Below are positions 1-10,308 of a stretch of DNA of 64,000 bases, piece by piece; positions within the stretch are counted from its first letter, which is position 1, and each line of letters starts with the position of its first letter. Under the pieces are notes generated by a model. That model had not been told where the DNA came from and ran no database searches. It saw only the letters and a list, made by a program, of their open reading frames with translations. The stretch comes from Candidatus Binatia bacterium. GTDB lineage: Bacteria > Desulfobacterota > Binatia > HRBIN30. The position numbers and the translations under genes are program-made. Where the stretch lies: contig JBBRSP010000003.1 of NCBI GenBank assembly GCA_038245295.1, positions 64,001 through 128,000 of the forward strand. Reading direction: 5' to 3'.

Positions 1-531
1 CAGGCTGAAGGCGGCGCTGTAGTCCGCGGTTGTGTCTACCTCGACACCGTTGAGCCGCATGGTGCCATTCGAGATGATTCCCGGTGGTATGGCGACGTTC
101 CAACGGCCGGCGCGGCGACTCGTATCGAGTGCTACGGGGAACTTGCCCAACGACAGTTGGTGCGTGCGCCAAGATCCGTCGCGACGATGTGCGAGAAAGA
201 CGAGCGCGGTTTCGCCGGCTTCGTATTGCGGCGCGCCGTCGATGACCTCTGTGATATCGGCAAGCTCGCCGCCGTCTTCGACGAGCTCGATGTCCGTGTC
301 GGGCAAGATCCCTGTCAGGACCTCGTCGACGTGTAAGCCAACGTGGCGTTCGATATGGCCGTCGGCGCGTAAGCGCGGCGTGACCCGCGAGACAGTTGCT
401 CGGACGACCACCTCGGCGCCGGCGGTGAGGTCATCAACGCTCATCGGCACGATGGTCGTTGCCACCGCTGCCTGGGCGCAAGCAACGAGGAGGAGGAGAA
501 TCCAGCCGCGAGGGTTTCCCGGGATCAGCAC
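1..531 (-). CDS. Secreted protein, N-terminal part (runs off the window start); prodomain-like N-terminus seen in secreted metalloprotease/matrixin-type proteins
   Basis: Hand translation of the minus strand from GTG at 531: VLIPGNPRGWILLLLVACAQAAVATTIVPMSVDDLTAGAEVVVRATV...EDGGELADITEVIDGAPQYEAGETALVFL... Open to position 1, with a signal peptide. Not in the ORF track; start approximate. Confidence 0.7.
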   Translation of the reverse strand, partial: MLIPGNPRGWILLLLVACAQAAVATTIVPMSVDDLTAGAEVVVRATVSRVTPRLRADGHIERHVGLHVDEVLTGILPDTDIELVEDGGELADITEVIDGAPQYEAGETALVFLAHRRDGSWRTHQLSLGKFPVALDTSRRAGRWNVAIPPGIISNGTMRLNGVEVDTTADYSAAFSL

Positions 532-892
532 GGGCGGCAGTTTCCGTGAGCGGCGCGGCTGAAGCAAGCCGCTTATCAGAAATGGCGTCTGGCGAACGGC
601 TGGTGGGCCGCCTCGCTGCCGTTGCCGAGTCTTCCATGGCGAGATTCCGCTGCAAATTCAGGGGGTGAATGCGGTTAGCGGACGTGAAAAGCCGAAAAAC
701 GTTTAATTTGGGTGGCTAGGTCAGGTCGTCCGGGCCCCTGAAAGCGCCTCCTGGGGCTTCCTGGTGCGTCAGGCGCGGGAGCGACACCTTGCGAAATGCC
801 ACATTTGTCCTCGGGAGCGGGCGACGGCGGGAGAAGCGCCAATTGCTTGGCGGGTGGTGCGTCGTCGGCGACTGGTGATATGAGGCGCCGCC

Positions 893-2482
893 ATGGCGCG
901 ACGCCCGTCCCTCGAAGAAATCCTCGCCGCCGACCAGCGTGATCTGCAGCGGCTGGGATACGCGCAACAGCTCTATCGCGAGATGGGTGGCTTCTCGAAC
1001 TTCGCCATCTCCTTCTCGATCATCTCGATCCTCACCGGCGCCGTGCAGTTGTTCGGTTACGGGCTGCAGTTTGCCGGGCCGGTGATCAACACCTTCGGTT
1101 GGCCGTTGGTCAGCCTGTTCGTCCTCTGTGTTGCCGCCTCGATGGCCGAGCTGGCGTCGGCGTATCCCACGGCCGGTGGTTTGTATTTTTGGGCGCATCG
1201 TCTGGGTGGCCACCGCTGGGCTTGGGTGACGGCGTGGTTCAACATGATCGGCCAGGTGTGCATCACGGCGGGCATCGACTACGCCGCGGCGCAGTACGGC
1301 ATCGGCGCCTTTAATCGCATCACCGGGTCTAGTGTCGCCATCGACACGCCGACGACCATCGCCGTGATGACCGTGCTGTTGCTGCCGCAAATGCTGATCA
1401 ACATCTTCGGCATCAAACTGACGTCGCGCCTCAACGACTTCAGCGTCTACTGGCATCTCGGTGGTGTGGCCATCATCGCGCTGCTCCTCCTGCTGCTCGG
1501 CGAGCATCGTCAGCCGCTGTCGTTTCTCTTTCAGGCCTCGACGACGCTGACGCCGCACGATGCCGGCGCGACTTTTGCGATCGGGCCGTGGACCTTCGAC
1601 TCGTTCATGCTGAGGCTGCCGGCGTTGCATGAACTTTACACCCGCGGCGGCTTCGCGTTGGCGTTTGTGCTCGGGCTCCTGCAGGCGCAGTGGACCTACA
1701 CCGGCTACGACGCATCGGCGCACGTTGCGGAAGAGACGGTCATGGCTCGACTCAACACGGCGTGGGGAGTCTTCCTTTCGGTCGCCGTGTCGGCGGTCGT
1801 CGGGTATCTTCTCTTGCTGATCATCACGTTGCACGTTCCCGATGTCGCGGCGACGGTGGATCCGGCCAACAGCCCCGCCGTCCTCTACGTCGTCTACGCC
1901 AACGTGCCGGCGATGGCAGGGCATCTAATCGCCGTGATCATCGGCGGTGCCATGTGGTTATGCGGCTTGTCGTCGATCACCAGCATGAGCCGTATGTGGT
2001 TCGCCTTCGCGCGCGACGGCGGCATGCCGGGGCATCAACAGATCGCTCGCGTTCATCCGCGCTGGCGCACGCCGATCTGGGCGATCGTCGTGACCTGCAT
2101 GCTGTCGGTGCTTCTTACGGTGTTTGCGGCTCTCTATTCCGTCGTTGTGGCGCTCAGCACCAGCGCGCTGTACGTCGCCTACGGTATTCCCATCTACCTC
2201 AATTTGCGCAACCGGCTGCGGCGGCGCGGCGAGTTCGTCACCTCTGAGTTGGCGCCGTGGAACACCGGGCGATGGAGTCCCTGGCTCAACGCCTTATCGC
2301 TCACGTGGATCGGATTCTTGATCGTCCTGTTCTCGCTGCCGCCGAACGAGCTGGCGGGCTGGGCGTTGGTGGCTCTCGCGGTCTTCATGTTCGGCTACTG
2401 GCATGCGAGCGCCAAACATCGCTTTCACGGGCCGAGGCCGACGGGCGACGCGGCGGGGGACGACGCCGCGGGGGTTCGATAA
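893..2482 (+). CDS. Amino acid permease (APC superfamily, GABA/choline-permease-like)
   Basis: 529 aa with about 12 TM helices; motifs LGYAQQLYR, FSNFAISFSIISIL, SMAELASAYPTAGGLYFW, GYDASAHVAEET. Confidence 0.9.
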   Translation: MARRPSLEEILAADQRDLQRLGYAQQLYREMGGFSNFAISFSIISILTGAVQLFGYGLQFAGPVINTFGWPLVSLFVLCVAASMAELASAYPTAGGLYFWAHRLGGHRWAWVTAWFNMIGQVCITAGIDYAAAQYGIGAFNRITGSSVAIDTPTTIAVMTVLLLPQMLINIFGIKLTSRLNDFSVYWHLGGVAIIALLLLLLGEHRQPLSFLFQASTTLTPHDAGATFAIGPWTFDSFMLRLPALHELYTRGGFALAFVLGLLQAQWTYTGYDASAHVAEETVMARLNTAWGVFLSVAVSAVVGYLLLLIITLHVPDVAATVDPANSPAVLYVVYANVPAMAGHLIAVIIGGAMWLCGLSSITSMSRMWFAFARDGGMPGHQQIARVHPRWRTPIWAIVVTCMLSVLLTVFAALYSVVVALSTSALYVAYGIPIYLNLRNRLRRRGEFVTSELAPWNTGRWSPWLNALSLTWIGFLIVLFSLPPNELAGWALVALAVFMFGYWHASAKHRFHGPRPTGDAAGDDAAGVR

Positions 2483-2651
2483 GCACACCTGCCATATTAC
2501 GTGAGCGGTTTAGTTGCGCCGCAGCGGCCGCGTTACCTTGACTGATAGGTGACCATCACATACTTGCATCGCGACCCCGGTCCGCGCGCGTTCATCCGAT
2601 TGTTCTGGCTGTGAGGGAGAGGTGGGAAGCGCGCGGGTCGAGTACAGAATT

Positions 2652-3008
2652 ATGGCTGAACTTTATTTACCGATGTTGATTACGTGTCTCCTCGCCGGCG
2701 CGATGGTGGGGTCACTCGTGTTTGCCGGGCAACTGCTGGGTCCGCACGTCGAGAACCCGGCCAAGGGCGAGTCGTTCGAGTGCGGCAATCCATCGACCGG
2801 CAGTGCCTGGGGTCGCTTTTCGGTCAAGTTCTACATGACCGCAATCCTGTTCATCGTCTTCGATATCGAAGTCGTCTTTATGTATCCGTGGGCTGTGGTG
2901 TTTCGCCGCTTGGGCTGGTTTGGGTTTGGGGAGATGATGACGTTTGTCGCCATCCTCGGTGTTGGGTTGCTCTATGTTTGGCGAAAAGGGGCACTGGAGT
3001 GGGATTGA
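2652..3008 (+). CDS. nuoA: NADH-quinone oxidoreductase subunit A
   Basis: KGESFECG, RFSVKFYMTAILFIVFDIEVVFMYPWA, WRKGALEWD. Confidence 0.95.
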   Translation: MAELYLPMLITCLLAGAMVGSLVFAGQLLGPHVENPAKGESFECGNPSTGSAWGRFSVKFYMTAILFIVFDIEVVFMYPWAVVFRRLGWFGFGEMMTFVAILGVGLLYVWRKGALEWD

Positions 3009-3036
3009 TTCCCCTTCAAGCGACCAACCACGGACA

Positions 3037-4137
3037 ATGATCCTTCTCATCATCATTTCGCTCGTCAAAGCGCTGATTGCCGTCCACATCGTGCTGATCT
3101 TCGCCGGGGTTCTCGGTTGGATCGAACGTAAGGGCAGCGCCCTCATTCAGGATCGCATCGGCGCCAACCGCGCCTCGATCTTCGGCTTCGCCGGGGCAGG
3201 GCTCATCAACACGATGGCTGCCGATCCGCTGAAGTTCCTGACCAAGGAAGACATCATCCCCGACGGCGTCGATCGACTGCTGCACACCTTGGCGCCGTGC
3301 GTGAATCTGTTCCCCGTGCTGGTGGCGTTCTGTGCCGTGCCGTTCGGCGACGTCTTACACCTGCCGGGTGGCGTCGACGTCTCACTGCAGGCCATCCCTC
3401 TGGGTGTTGGCGTCTTGTTCGTCCTCGCCATGGCCTCGATCGGCGTTTACGGCGTTGTCCTCGGCGGCTGGGCTTCAAACAATCGCTTCTCGCTGCTTGG
3501 CGGCATCCGCGGCTCGGCGCAGATGATCTCGTACGAGCTCGCGATGGGGCTGTCGATCGTCGTCATGGTGATGACCTTCGGGTCACTCGATCTGCAGGAG
3601 ATCGTTCGCGCCCAGGGCCATCTCATCGGTGGTTGGCTGCCCGGCTGGGGCATCCTGTACCAACCCGTCGCCTTCATCGTCTTTTTGATCGCCGGTATCG
3701 CCGAGAGCAAACGTGTGCCGTTCGACTTGCCGGAAGGTGAGTCGGAGTTGGTCAGCGGCTACTTCACCGAATACTCCGGCATCAAGTATCTCATGTTCTT
3801 CATGACCGACTTCGCCGAGGTGGCGACAATCGCGGCGCTGATCACGACGTTTTTCTTCGGTGGTTGGCAGGTGCCGTATCTGACGCCCGACGGCTTTGTG
3901 TTCCCGGGTGGCGCGTCGCTGCACATCAACCACTACGTCATCGTGCTGATGCAGTTCGGTGCCTACCTGCTCAAGGTTCTGTTCTGGTCGTGGTTCCAGA
4001 TCATGCTGCGCTGGACGTTGCCGCGTCTGCGTTACGATCAACTCATGTGGTTTGGCTGGAAACGTATGTTGCCGGTGGCGCTGGTGAACATGGTGATCAC
4101 GGCAGCCCTGATCCTGGCCTTGCAGGGGGCGCCGTGA
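3037..4137 (+). CDS. nuoH: NADH-quinone oxidoreductase subunit H
   Basis: [61 protein letters not shown]. Confidence 0.95.
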   Translation: MILLIIISLVKALIAVHIVLIFAGVLGWIERKGSALIQDRIGANRASIFGFAGAGLINTMAADPLKFLTKEDIIPDGVDRLLHTLAPCVNLFPVLVAFCAVPFGDVLHLPGGVDVSLQAIPLGVGVLFVLAMASIGVYGVVLGGWASNNRFSLLGGIRGSAQMISYELAMGLSIVVMVMTFGSLDLQEIVRAQGHLIGGWLPGWGILYQPVAFIVFLIAGIAESKRVPFDLPEGESELVSGYFTEYSGIKYLMFFMTDFAEVATIAALITTFFFGGWQVPYLTPDGFVFPGGASLHINHYVIVLMQFGAYLLKVLFWSWFQIMLRWTLPRLRYDQLMWFGWKRMLPVALVNMVITAALILALQGAP

Positions 4138-4640
4138 GCCCAATTGTCTTCGGCATTCTAGCGATCCTGCTGGTTATGAGCGGCCTCGGCGTCGTGCTGG
4201 CGCGCAGCCCCATTCGCTCGGCGATGTCGCTCGTTATGACCCTGTTCTTCCTCGCCGTGATGTTCCTGCTGCTCGACGCGCAGCTCGTCGCCGCGCTGCA
4301 GATCATCGTCTACGCCGGCGCCATCATGGTGTTGTTCCTGTTTGTCATCATGCTGCTCAACCTGCAGGAAGAGCCGGCGGCGCTCGGGCGTGTCGGCTTG
4401 CGCTACGGCGCCTCGTTTATCGTCTCGCTGTTCGTCCTGGCGGCAGCGCATTTCCTTACTACGGGGACACTTCAGCCGGGCAATGCCATGGCCGACGCAG
4501 TCGCCCCCGGGTTTGGCTCCACGGAGCAGATTGCCGAGCGTTTGTTTACGCAACATATCTTCGCCTTCGAGCTCACCTCCTTCTTGTTGTTGGTGGCCGT
4601 CGTAAGCGCCGTTGTGCTGGCAAAGAAGAATCTCCAATGA
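4134..4640 (+). CDS. nuoJ: NADH-quinone oxidoreductase subunit J
   Basis: GTG start overlapping the nuoH stop; [33 protein letters not shown]. Confidence 0.93.
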   Translation: MSPIVFGILAILLVMSGLGVVLARSPIRSAMSLVMTLFFLAVMFLLLDAQLVAALQIIVYAGAIMVLFLFVIMLLNLQEEPAALGRVGLRYGASFIVSLFVLAAAHFLTTGTLQPGNAMADAVAPGFGSTEQIAERLFTQHIFAFELTSFLLLVAVVSAVVLAKKNLQ

Positions 4641-4945
4641 CAGCAGCTCCCATCAGTTGGTTCCTCGTCCTTGCCGCCGTTCTGTTCGGCCTTGGTGCGC
4701 TTGGCGTGCTGATTCGCCGCAACATCATCGTCATATTCATGTCGATCGAGCTCATGCTGAACGCGGTGAACCTGGTGTTCGTCGCCTTCTCGCGTTTCCT
4801 GCATGCGATTGACGGGCAGGTGATCGTGTTCTTCGTCATGACCGTGGCGGCCGCCGAGGCTGCTGTTGGTCTGGCCATCATCATCTCGGTGTTCCGCAAC
4901 CGCGAAACCATCAACGCCGACGATCTCAATCTCTTGCGCTGGTAA
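4637..4945 (+). CDS. nuoK: NADH-quinone oxidoreductase subunit K
   Basis: [32 protein letters not shown]. Confidence 0.95.
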   Translation: MTAAPISWFLVLAAVLFGLGALGVLIRRNIIVIFMSIELMLNAVNLVFVAFSRFLHAIDGQVIVFFVMTVAAAEAAVGLAIIISVFRNRETINADDLNLLRW

Positions 4946-4949
4946 CCTG

Positions 4950-6881
4950 ATGCACGAAACCGCTAGCGCTGTGGCCATTCATGCTCCGTACCTCTGGCTC
5001 ATCGTCGCCTTGCCGGCGCTGGGTGTGTTGATTCAACTCTTCCTCGGCGAGCGCCTGGGCAAGGGTGCCGTGACCGTCGTCGCGCCGGCGGTGATCTTCG
5101 GGGCCTTCCTGGTTGCCGCCTACAGCTTCCTGCAGGTGTGGGGCTCGCCGCCGGGGACATCTCTCGAGCTGAACTTGTGGCCTTGGATCTATGCCGGGTC
5201 GCTGCATGTCGACGTGGCGCTGCGGGTCGACGCGTTATCCGGCGTCATGATCATGATCGTCACCGGCGTCGGCTTCCTGATTCATGTCTACTCGACCGGT
5301 TACATGCACGACGACGAGAGCTTTGCGCGCTTCTTTACGTATCTGAACCTGTTCATGTGCGCGATGCTGATCCTGGTGATGGCCGACAACTTGCCGTTGT
5401 TGTTCGTCGGTTGGGAGGGCGTCGGTCTGTGCTCCTATCTGCTGATTGGCTTCTGGTATCAGGTGGATGCCAATGCCAGTGCCGGCAAGAAGGCGTTCAT
5501 CGTCAACCGCGTTGGTGACGCCGGCTTCTTGCTCGGGCTCTTCCTGATCTATTGGAATCTCGGCGCCGGCCCGCACACGTTGAGCTTCGGCGAGTTGGCG
5601 ACACACGCGCATGAGATCCCGCTGCCGGTTGTTGGCCTGGCCACTCTATTGATGTTCGTTGGTGCGACCGGCAAATCGGCGCAGCTGCCGCTTTACGTTT
5701 GGTTGCCTGACGCCATGGCCGGCCCGACCCCTGTCAGCGCCCTCATCCACGCGGCCACCATGGTCACGGCCGGTGTGTACATGATCACCCGGATGAACTT
5801 CCTGTTCGTCCTGGCGCCGCAGACCATGGCGGTGATCGCTACGGTTGGTGCACTGACGGCGATCTTCGCCGCGAGCATCGGCCTGGTGCAAAACGACATC
5901 AAGAAAGTGCTGGCGTATTCGACCGTCAGCCAACTCGGTTACATGTTCCTCGCGGTCGGCGTTGGCGCCTTCAGCGCGGCGGTCTTCCACCTCATGACCC
6001 ACGCATTCTTCAAAGGCCTGCTGTTCCTGGGCTCAGGCAGCGTGATTCACGGCATGGGCGGCGAGCAGGACATGCGTAAGATGGGCGGGCTGAAGCATCA
6101 TATGCCCTGGACCTATCGCACCTTCCTGGTCGGCACGATTGCCATTGCGGGAATCCCGCCGCTCGCCGGCTTCTTCAGTAAGGATCTAATTTTGGCGCAC
6201 GCCTTCGCGACGTTTCCCGTGTTGTGGGGGCTCGGTATGTGCGCCGCGGCGATGACTTCGTTCTACATGTTCCGTTTGTTCTACATGACGTTCGAGGGTG
6301 AGTGCCGCGCCGACGAGCACACCAAACACCATATCCACGAGTCGCCTGCATCGATGACCGTGCCGCTGATGATTCTTGCCGTGCTGTCCATCGTCGGCGG
6401 CTGGGTTGGCCTGCCCGAGTTCGTCCTTTGGGGCAACCGCTTTGATGAGTTCCTGGCGCCGGTGATTCACGCGGCACACGGCGAACACCTGGCCGAGAGC
6501 ACCGAGATCATTCTAATGCTTGCGTCGGTAGCCGTGGCCGTCGGCGGCTGGTTCACGGCGCGCACATTCTACGTGACACGCCCTGAGCTGCCAAAGCAGT
6601 TGGCCGACTCGTGGGCTGATTTGTACGAAACACTCAGTCAGAAATACTACGTCGATGAGATCTACGATGCCGTCTTCGTGCAGCCGATCTTCGTGTTGTC
6701 GAACTGGCTGTGGCGTTTCTTCGATGTGGCGATCATCGACGGGCTGGTGAATGGCGCGGCGAGTTTCGTCAGCGGCAACAGCAGCGTCTGGCGTCGTTTA
6801 CAGACCGGCAATGTGCAGCACTACGCCGTGTCGATGCTGGTCGGCGCCGTATTGGTGCTCGGCTACTTTGCCCTCAGGTAA
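4950..6881 (+). CDS. nuoL: NADH-quinone oxidoreductase subunit L
   Basis: FVGWEGVGLCSYLLIGFW, KSAQLPLYVWLPDAMAGPTPVSALIHAATMV, C-terminal lateral helix and QTGNVQHY. Confidence 0.95.
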   Translation: MHETASAVAIHAPYLWLIVALPALGVLIQLFLGERLGKGAVTVVAPAVIFGAFLVAAYSFLQVWGSPPGTSLELNLWPWIYAGSLHVDVALRVDALSGVMIMIVTGVGFLIHVYSTGYMHDDESFARFFTYLNLFMCAMLILVMADNLPLLFVGWEGVGLCSYLLIGFWYQVDANASAGKKAFIVNRVGDAGFLLGLFLIYWNLGAGPHTLSFGELATHAHEIPLPVVGLATLLMFVGATGKSAQLPLYVWLPDAMAGPTPVSALIHAATMVTAGVYMITRMNFLFVLAPQTMAVIATVGALTAIFAASIGLVQNDIKKVLAYSTVSQLGYMFLAVGVGAFSAAVFHLMTHAFFKGLLFLGSGSVIHGMGGEQDMRKMGGLKHHMPWTYRTFLVGTIAIAGIPPLAGFFSKDLILAHAFATFPVLWGLGMCAAAMTSFYMFRLFYMTFEGECRADEHTKHHIHESPASMTVPLMILAVLSIVGGWVGLPEFVLWGNRFDEFLAPVIHAAHGEHLAESTEIILMLASVAVAVGGWFTARTFYVTRPELPKQLADSWADLYETLSQKYYVDEIYDAVFVQPIFVLSNWLWRFFDVAIIDGLVNGAASFVSGNSSVWRRLQTGNVQHYAVSMLVGAVLVLGYFALR

Positions 6882-6893
6882 GGCGCGACTGGC

Positions 6894-8429
6894 ATGCTCT
6901 CACTCATCGTATTCTCCCCGCTGCTAGGCGCACTGCTTCTGATGATGATGCGCGGGGATAACGTCGTCGCGTTGCGCCGCTTTGCGTTCATCTATTCGCT
7001 GGTACCGTTCATCCTGTCGCTGATGATGCTGTCGATCTTCAAGGCCGACGAGCCAGGCATGCAGCTGACGGAGACCGCTGCGTGGATCCCGAGCCTGTCG
7101 ATTTTCTACCGGGTCGGCATCGACGGCATCAGCTTGTTCCTCGTGTTGCTGACGACGTTCCTCATGCCGATTGTCGTGCTGACCGGCTGGGACGTCCACA
7201 AGCGCGAACGCGAGTACATGGTGTTCTTGATGCTCCTGGAGACGGGCATGCTCGGGGCGCTCGTCGCTACCGACCTCTTCCTGTTCTACGTCTTCTGGGA
7301 AATCATGCTGTTCCCGATGTACTTTCTGATCGGCATCTGGGGCGGCCAACGACGTGTCTACGCGGCCGTCAAACTGGTGCTCTACACGATGGCCGGCAGC
7401 CTCCTGATGTTGGTCGCCATCCTCTACATCGGTGCGGCGCACCAGCAGCAAACCGGCCAGTTGTCGTTCAACCTGGCACAGCTCACCAACTTCAATTTGC
7501 CCATCGAAGCGCAGCGCTGGCTGTTTGCGGCTTTCGCGTTGGCCTTTGCGATCAAGGTTCCAATGTTCCCGTTGCATACCTGGTTGCCCGACGCGCACAC
7601 GGAAGCGCCGACCGGCGGCTCGGTAATTCTGGCCGGCGTGTTGTTGAAGATGGGCACCTACGGCTTCCTGCGCTTCGCCATCCCGTTGTTTCCGCTCGCC
7701 GCGGCCGAGGCCATGCCGATCATCGCTGTGCTGGCGGTCATCGGAATTGTCTACGGCGCCCTGGTGTGTATGGTGCAGCCCGACTTGAAGCGCCTGGTTG
7801 CCTACTCCTCGGTGAGCCACCTGGGTTTCGTGATGCTGGGCCTGGCGGCTCTGAACGTCGAAGGAGTGCAGGGCAGCTTGTATCAGATGCTCAATCACGG
7901 GTTGTCGACGGGCGGACTGTTCCTCTGTGTCGGTGTGATTTACGAGCGCCGCCATACACGCCTCATCAAAGAGTTCGGCGGCCTGTGGAAGCAGATGCCG
8001 GTGTATTCGTCCATTTTTTTGGTGGTGATGATGTCGTCGGTCGGCCTGCCCGGCCTCAACGGGTTTGTCGGCGAGTTCTTGATCCTGCTCGGCGCCTTCG
8101 GGCGTTATCCGGTGCTCGCGTCCATCGCCAGTAGCGGCGTGTTGTTGGGTGCCGTCTATCTCTTGTGGATGTATCAGCGGGTCATCTTCGGACCGTTGGA
8201 GAATCCGGAAAACCAGAAACTCAAGGACCTATCGCCGCGCGAGTTGTTGATGTTCGTGCCGCTGATCGTCCTTTTCTTCGTGATGGGCATGTACCCGAAA
8301 CCATTCCTCGGGCGCATGGAGCCCGCGGTGCGCGCCACTCTGGAGCGGTACGAGAAACGTGTGGCTCAAAGTGCCCCCGGTGCGGTCAAACTGACGACCT
8401 CGGCGCAGAGTAAGGCGGGAACGAAATGA
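6894..8429 (+). CDS. nuoM: NADH-quinone oxidoreductase subunit M
   Basis: FYVFWEIML, IKVPMFPLHTWLPDAHTEAPT, AYSSVSHLG, GLPGLNGFVGEF. Confidence 0.95.
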   Translation: MLSLIVFSPLLGALLLMMMRGDNVVALRRFAFIYSLVPFILSLMMLSIFKADEPGMQLTETAAWIPSLSIFYRVGIDGISLFLVLLTTFLMPIVVLTGWDVHKREREYMVFLMLLETGMLGALVATDLFLFYVFWEIMLFPMYFLIGIWGGQRRVYAAVKLVLYTMAGSLLMLVAILYIGAAHQQQTGQLSFNLAQLTNFNLPIEAQRWLFAAFALAFAIKVPMFPLHTWLPDAHTEAPTGGSVILAGVLLKMGTYGFLRFAIPLFPLAAAEAMPIIAVLAVIGIVYGALVCMVQPDLKRLVAYSSVSHLGFVMLGLAALNVEGVQGSLYQMLNHGLSTGGLFLCVGVIYERRHTRLIKEFGGLWKQMPVYSSIFLVVMMSSVGLPGLNGFVGEFLILLGAFGRYPVLASIASSGVLLGAVYLLWMYQRVIFGPLENPENQKLKDLSPRELLMFVPLIVLFFVMGMYPKPFLGRMEPAVRATLERYEKRVAQSAPGAVKLTTSAQSKAGTK

Positions 8430-9877
8430 TCGCGGCACCGGAAATCTCCTGGATTGCGATTCTTCCGTTGCTGATCATCACCGGTACGGCGCTGGTGACG
8501 ATGATCGCCGACTTGTGGATGGATGGCCCGGACCGCGATGCGCTCGGCTGGCTCGGGATCATTGGGTTGGCGATCACCGCCATTACAGCAGTATCCCTGT
8601 GGGGCACATCGATCAGCAGTTTTGCCGGCGTAATCGGCGTCGATCGCTTCGGCTTGTTCTTCACCCTGCTGTTCTGTCTGGTGGGCAGTTTGACCCTGTT
8701 GATGTCGATGAACTACCTCGAAGTCACCGACATCCGCACCGGCGACTACTACACACTCGTGTTGTTCTGCACGATGGGCATGGCCGTCATGGCTTCAGCC
8801 ACTGACCTTATCGTCATCTTCGTCGGGCTAGAGATCATGTCGATCGCGGCATACGCCCTGGCGGGTATCTGGCGCTCGCAACTGCGCGCCAATGAGGCGG
8901 CTCTGAAGTACTTCCTCCTCGGAGCGTTCGCCACCGGCTTTCTCCTGTTCGGTATCGCGTTGCTCTACGGGGCGGCGGGTTCGACCGGGTTGAATGCCAT
9001 CGCCAAAGTTGCTGCCAAACCGACGGCGGAGCAGCATGCGTTGTTGTTGGCGGGCACGGGACTGCTGCTCATTGGCTTCGGATTCAAGGTTGCGGCTGTG
9101 CCGTTTCACGGCTGGGCTCCCGACGTCTATGAAGGGGCGCCGACGACGGTCAGCGCCCTCATGGCGGTTGGCATCAAGTCGGCGGCCTTCGCGGCGTTCG
9201 CCCGTGTATTCCTGCACGGCTTGCAGCCGCTCGAGGCGGACTGGAGTGGGGCGTTGTGGATCCTGGCGGTTGCGACCATGACCGTCGGCAACGTGACCGC
9301 GCTGTTGCAGCGCAACATCAAACGTATGCTTGCGTACTCCAGCATCGCGCACGCCGGCTACTTGCTGGTCGGCATGGTAGCGGGCGGCGAGCTCGGCGGC
9401 AGCAGTGTCCTCTTCTACCTGCTCACCTATGCCCTGATGACGATGGGCGCCTTTTGCGTTGTGATTGCCCTGGGTCGCCAGGGACACCCGAATGAAAATC
9501 TCGACGACTACGCGGGCGCCGGCTTCCGTAGCCCGTTGCTCGGCATGGCGATGATCGTCTTCATGTTGTCGCTCGCCGGTATTCCGCCGTTCGGTGGCTT
9601 CATCGGCAAGTTCTACGTCTTCAGCGCCGCGGTGAAGTCGGGCTATGTCGGCTTGGCGATCATCGGCGTCATCAACAGCCTCATTTCCGTCTACTATTAT
9701 GTCGGCGTGTTGGTGCGAATGTATATGTCCGACGGTGGCGTCGAGGTTCCGACGATGTCTGGTCGTCCGTATCTGATGGCGACACTGGTGCTCACTATCA
9801 TCGGCACGATTGCCCTCGGCATCATGCCCTCCAGCCTGTTCGAAATCGCCCGGCAGTCGTTCCAATCCCTCGGCTGA
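8426..9877 (+). CDS. nuoN: NADH-quinone oxidoreductase subunit N
   Basis: EAALKYFLLG, FKVAAVPFHGWAPDVYEGAPT, KRMLAYSSIAHAGY, SLAGIPP. Confidence 0.95.
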   Translation: MIAAPEISWIAILPLLIITGTALVTMIADLWMDGPDRDALGWLGIIGLAITAITAVSLWGTSISSFAGVIGVDRFGLFFTLLFCLVGSLTLLMSMNYLEVTDIRTGDYYTLVLFCTMGMAVMASATDLIVIFVGLEIMSIAAYALAGIWRSQLRANEAALKYFLLGAFATGFLLFGIALLYGAAGSTGLNAIAKVAAKPTAEQHALLLAGTGLLLIGFGFKVAAVPFHGWAPDVYEGAPTTVSALMAVGIKSAAFAAFARVFLHGLQPLEADWSGALWILAVATMTVGNVTALLQRNIKRMLAYSSIAHAGYLLVGMVAGGELGGSSVLFYLLTYALMTMGAFCVVIALGRQGHPNENLDDYAGAGFRSPLLGMAMIVFMLSLAGIPPFGGFIGKFYVFSAAVKSGYVGLAIIGVINSLISVYYYVGVLVRMYMSDGGVEVPTMSGRPYLMATLVLTIIGTIALGIMPSSLFEIARQSFQSLG

Positions 9878-9889
9878 GGCACTGCGCAG

Positions 9890-9990
9890 CGCAAGCTAAA
9901 GCGTGCGCCTACCGGTCGGCCTGCCGTCTTGGTTCCGGACGGCGGTGGGCGGTACCGGCCGCTCATGGTAGGCGCAGGCTTCAGCCTGCG
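9890..9990. repeat. Inverted pair of GTAG-type REP-like palindromes
   Basis: Degenerate reverse copy at 9890-9913 and canonical GGTAGGCGCAGGCTTCAGCCTGCG at 9967-9990. Confidence 0.8.
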
Positions 9991-10081
9991 CTGGCGGCGT
10001 TGCTCTGCGGCGCCCTGAAGCTAGATTGACCGGAGCGCCCCCCTCGCATAGCTTGCCTGCTATCTGGAGGGACCTGGTCTT

Positions 10082-10294
10082 ATGGTTGAGAAAACGATCG
10101 AGCTAACGGGCACGTCGTCGAACAGTATCGAAGACGCGGTGAATCTGGCCGTCTCACGCGCCGCCGTGACGATCCAGAACATCCGCCGCGTCAAGGTGAA
10201 AGAGATCACTGCCACGGTCGATGGTGGTGCGGTTGCGACCTGGCGCGTCAGCGTCGACCTTTCCTTCGTCGTTTCCGATCGCTTGCACGAGTAG
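10082..10294 (+). CDS. Dodecin family protein
   Basis: 70 aa; KTIELTGTSSNSIEDAVNLAVSRAAVTIQNIR...WRVSVDLSF; GGAGG RBS. Confidence 0.88.
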   Translation: MVEKTIELTGTSSNSIEDAVNLAVSRAAVTIQNIRRVKVKEITATVDGGAVATWRVSVDLSFVVSDRLHE

Positions 10295-10308
10295 AGCGTC
10301 ACCAGACG

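Noticed and set aside
32..562. Plus-strand 176-aa ORF from the track
   Set aside because: Antisense shadow of the minus-strand secreted protein gene
540..890. Riboswitch upstream of the amino acid permease
   Set aside because: No recognisable aptamer consensus by eye; an Rfam cmscan would be needed to exclude it
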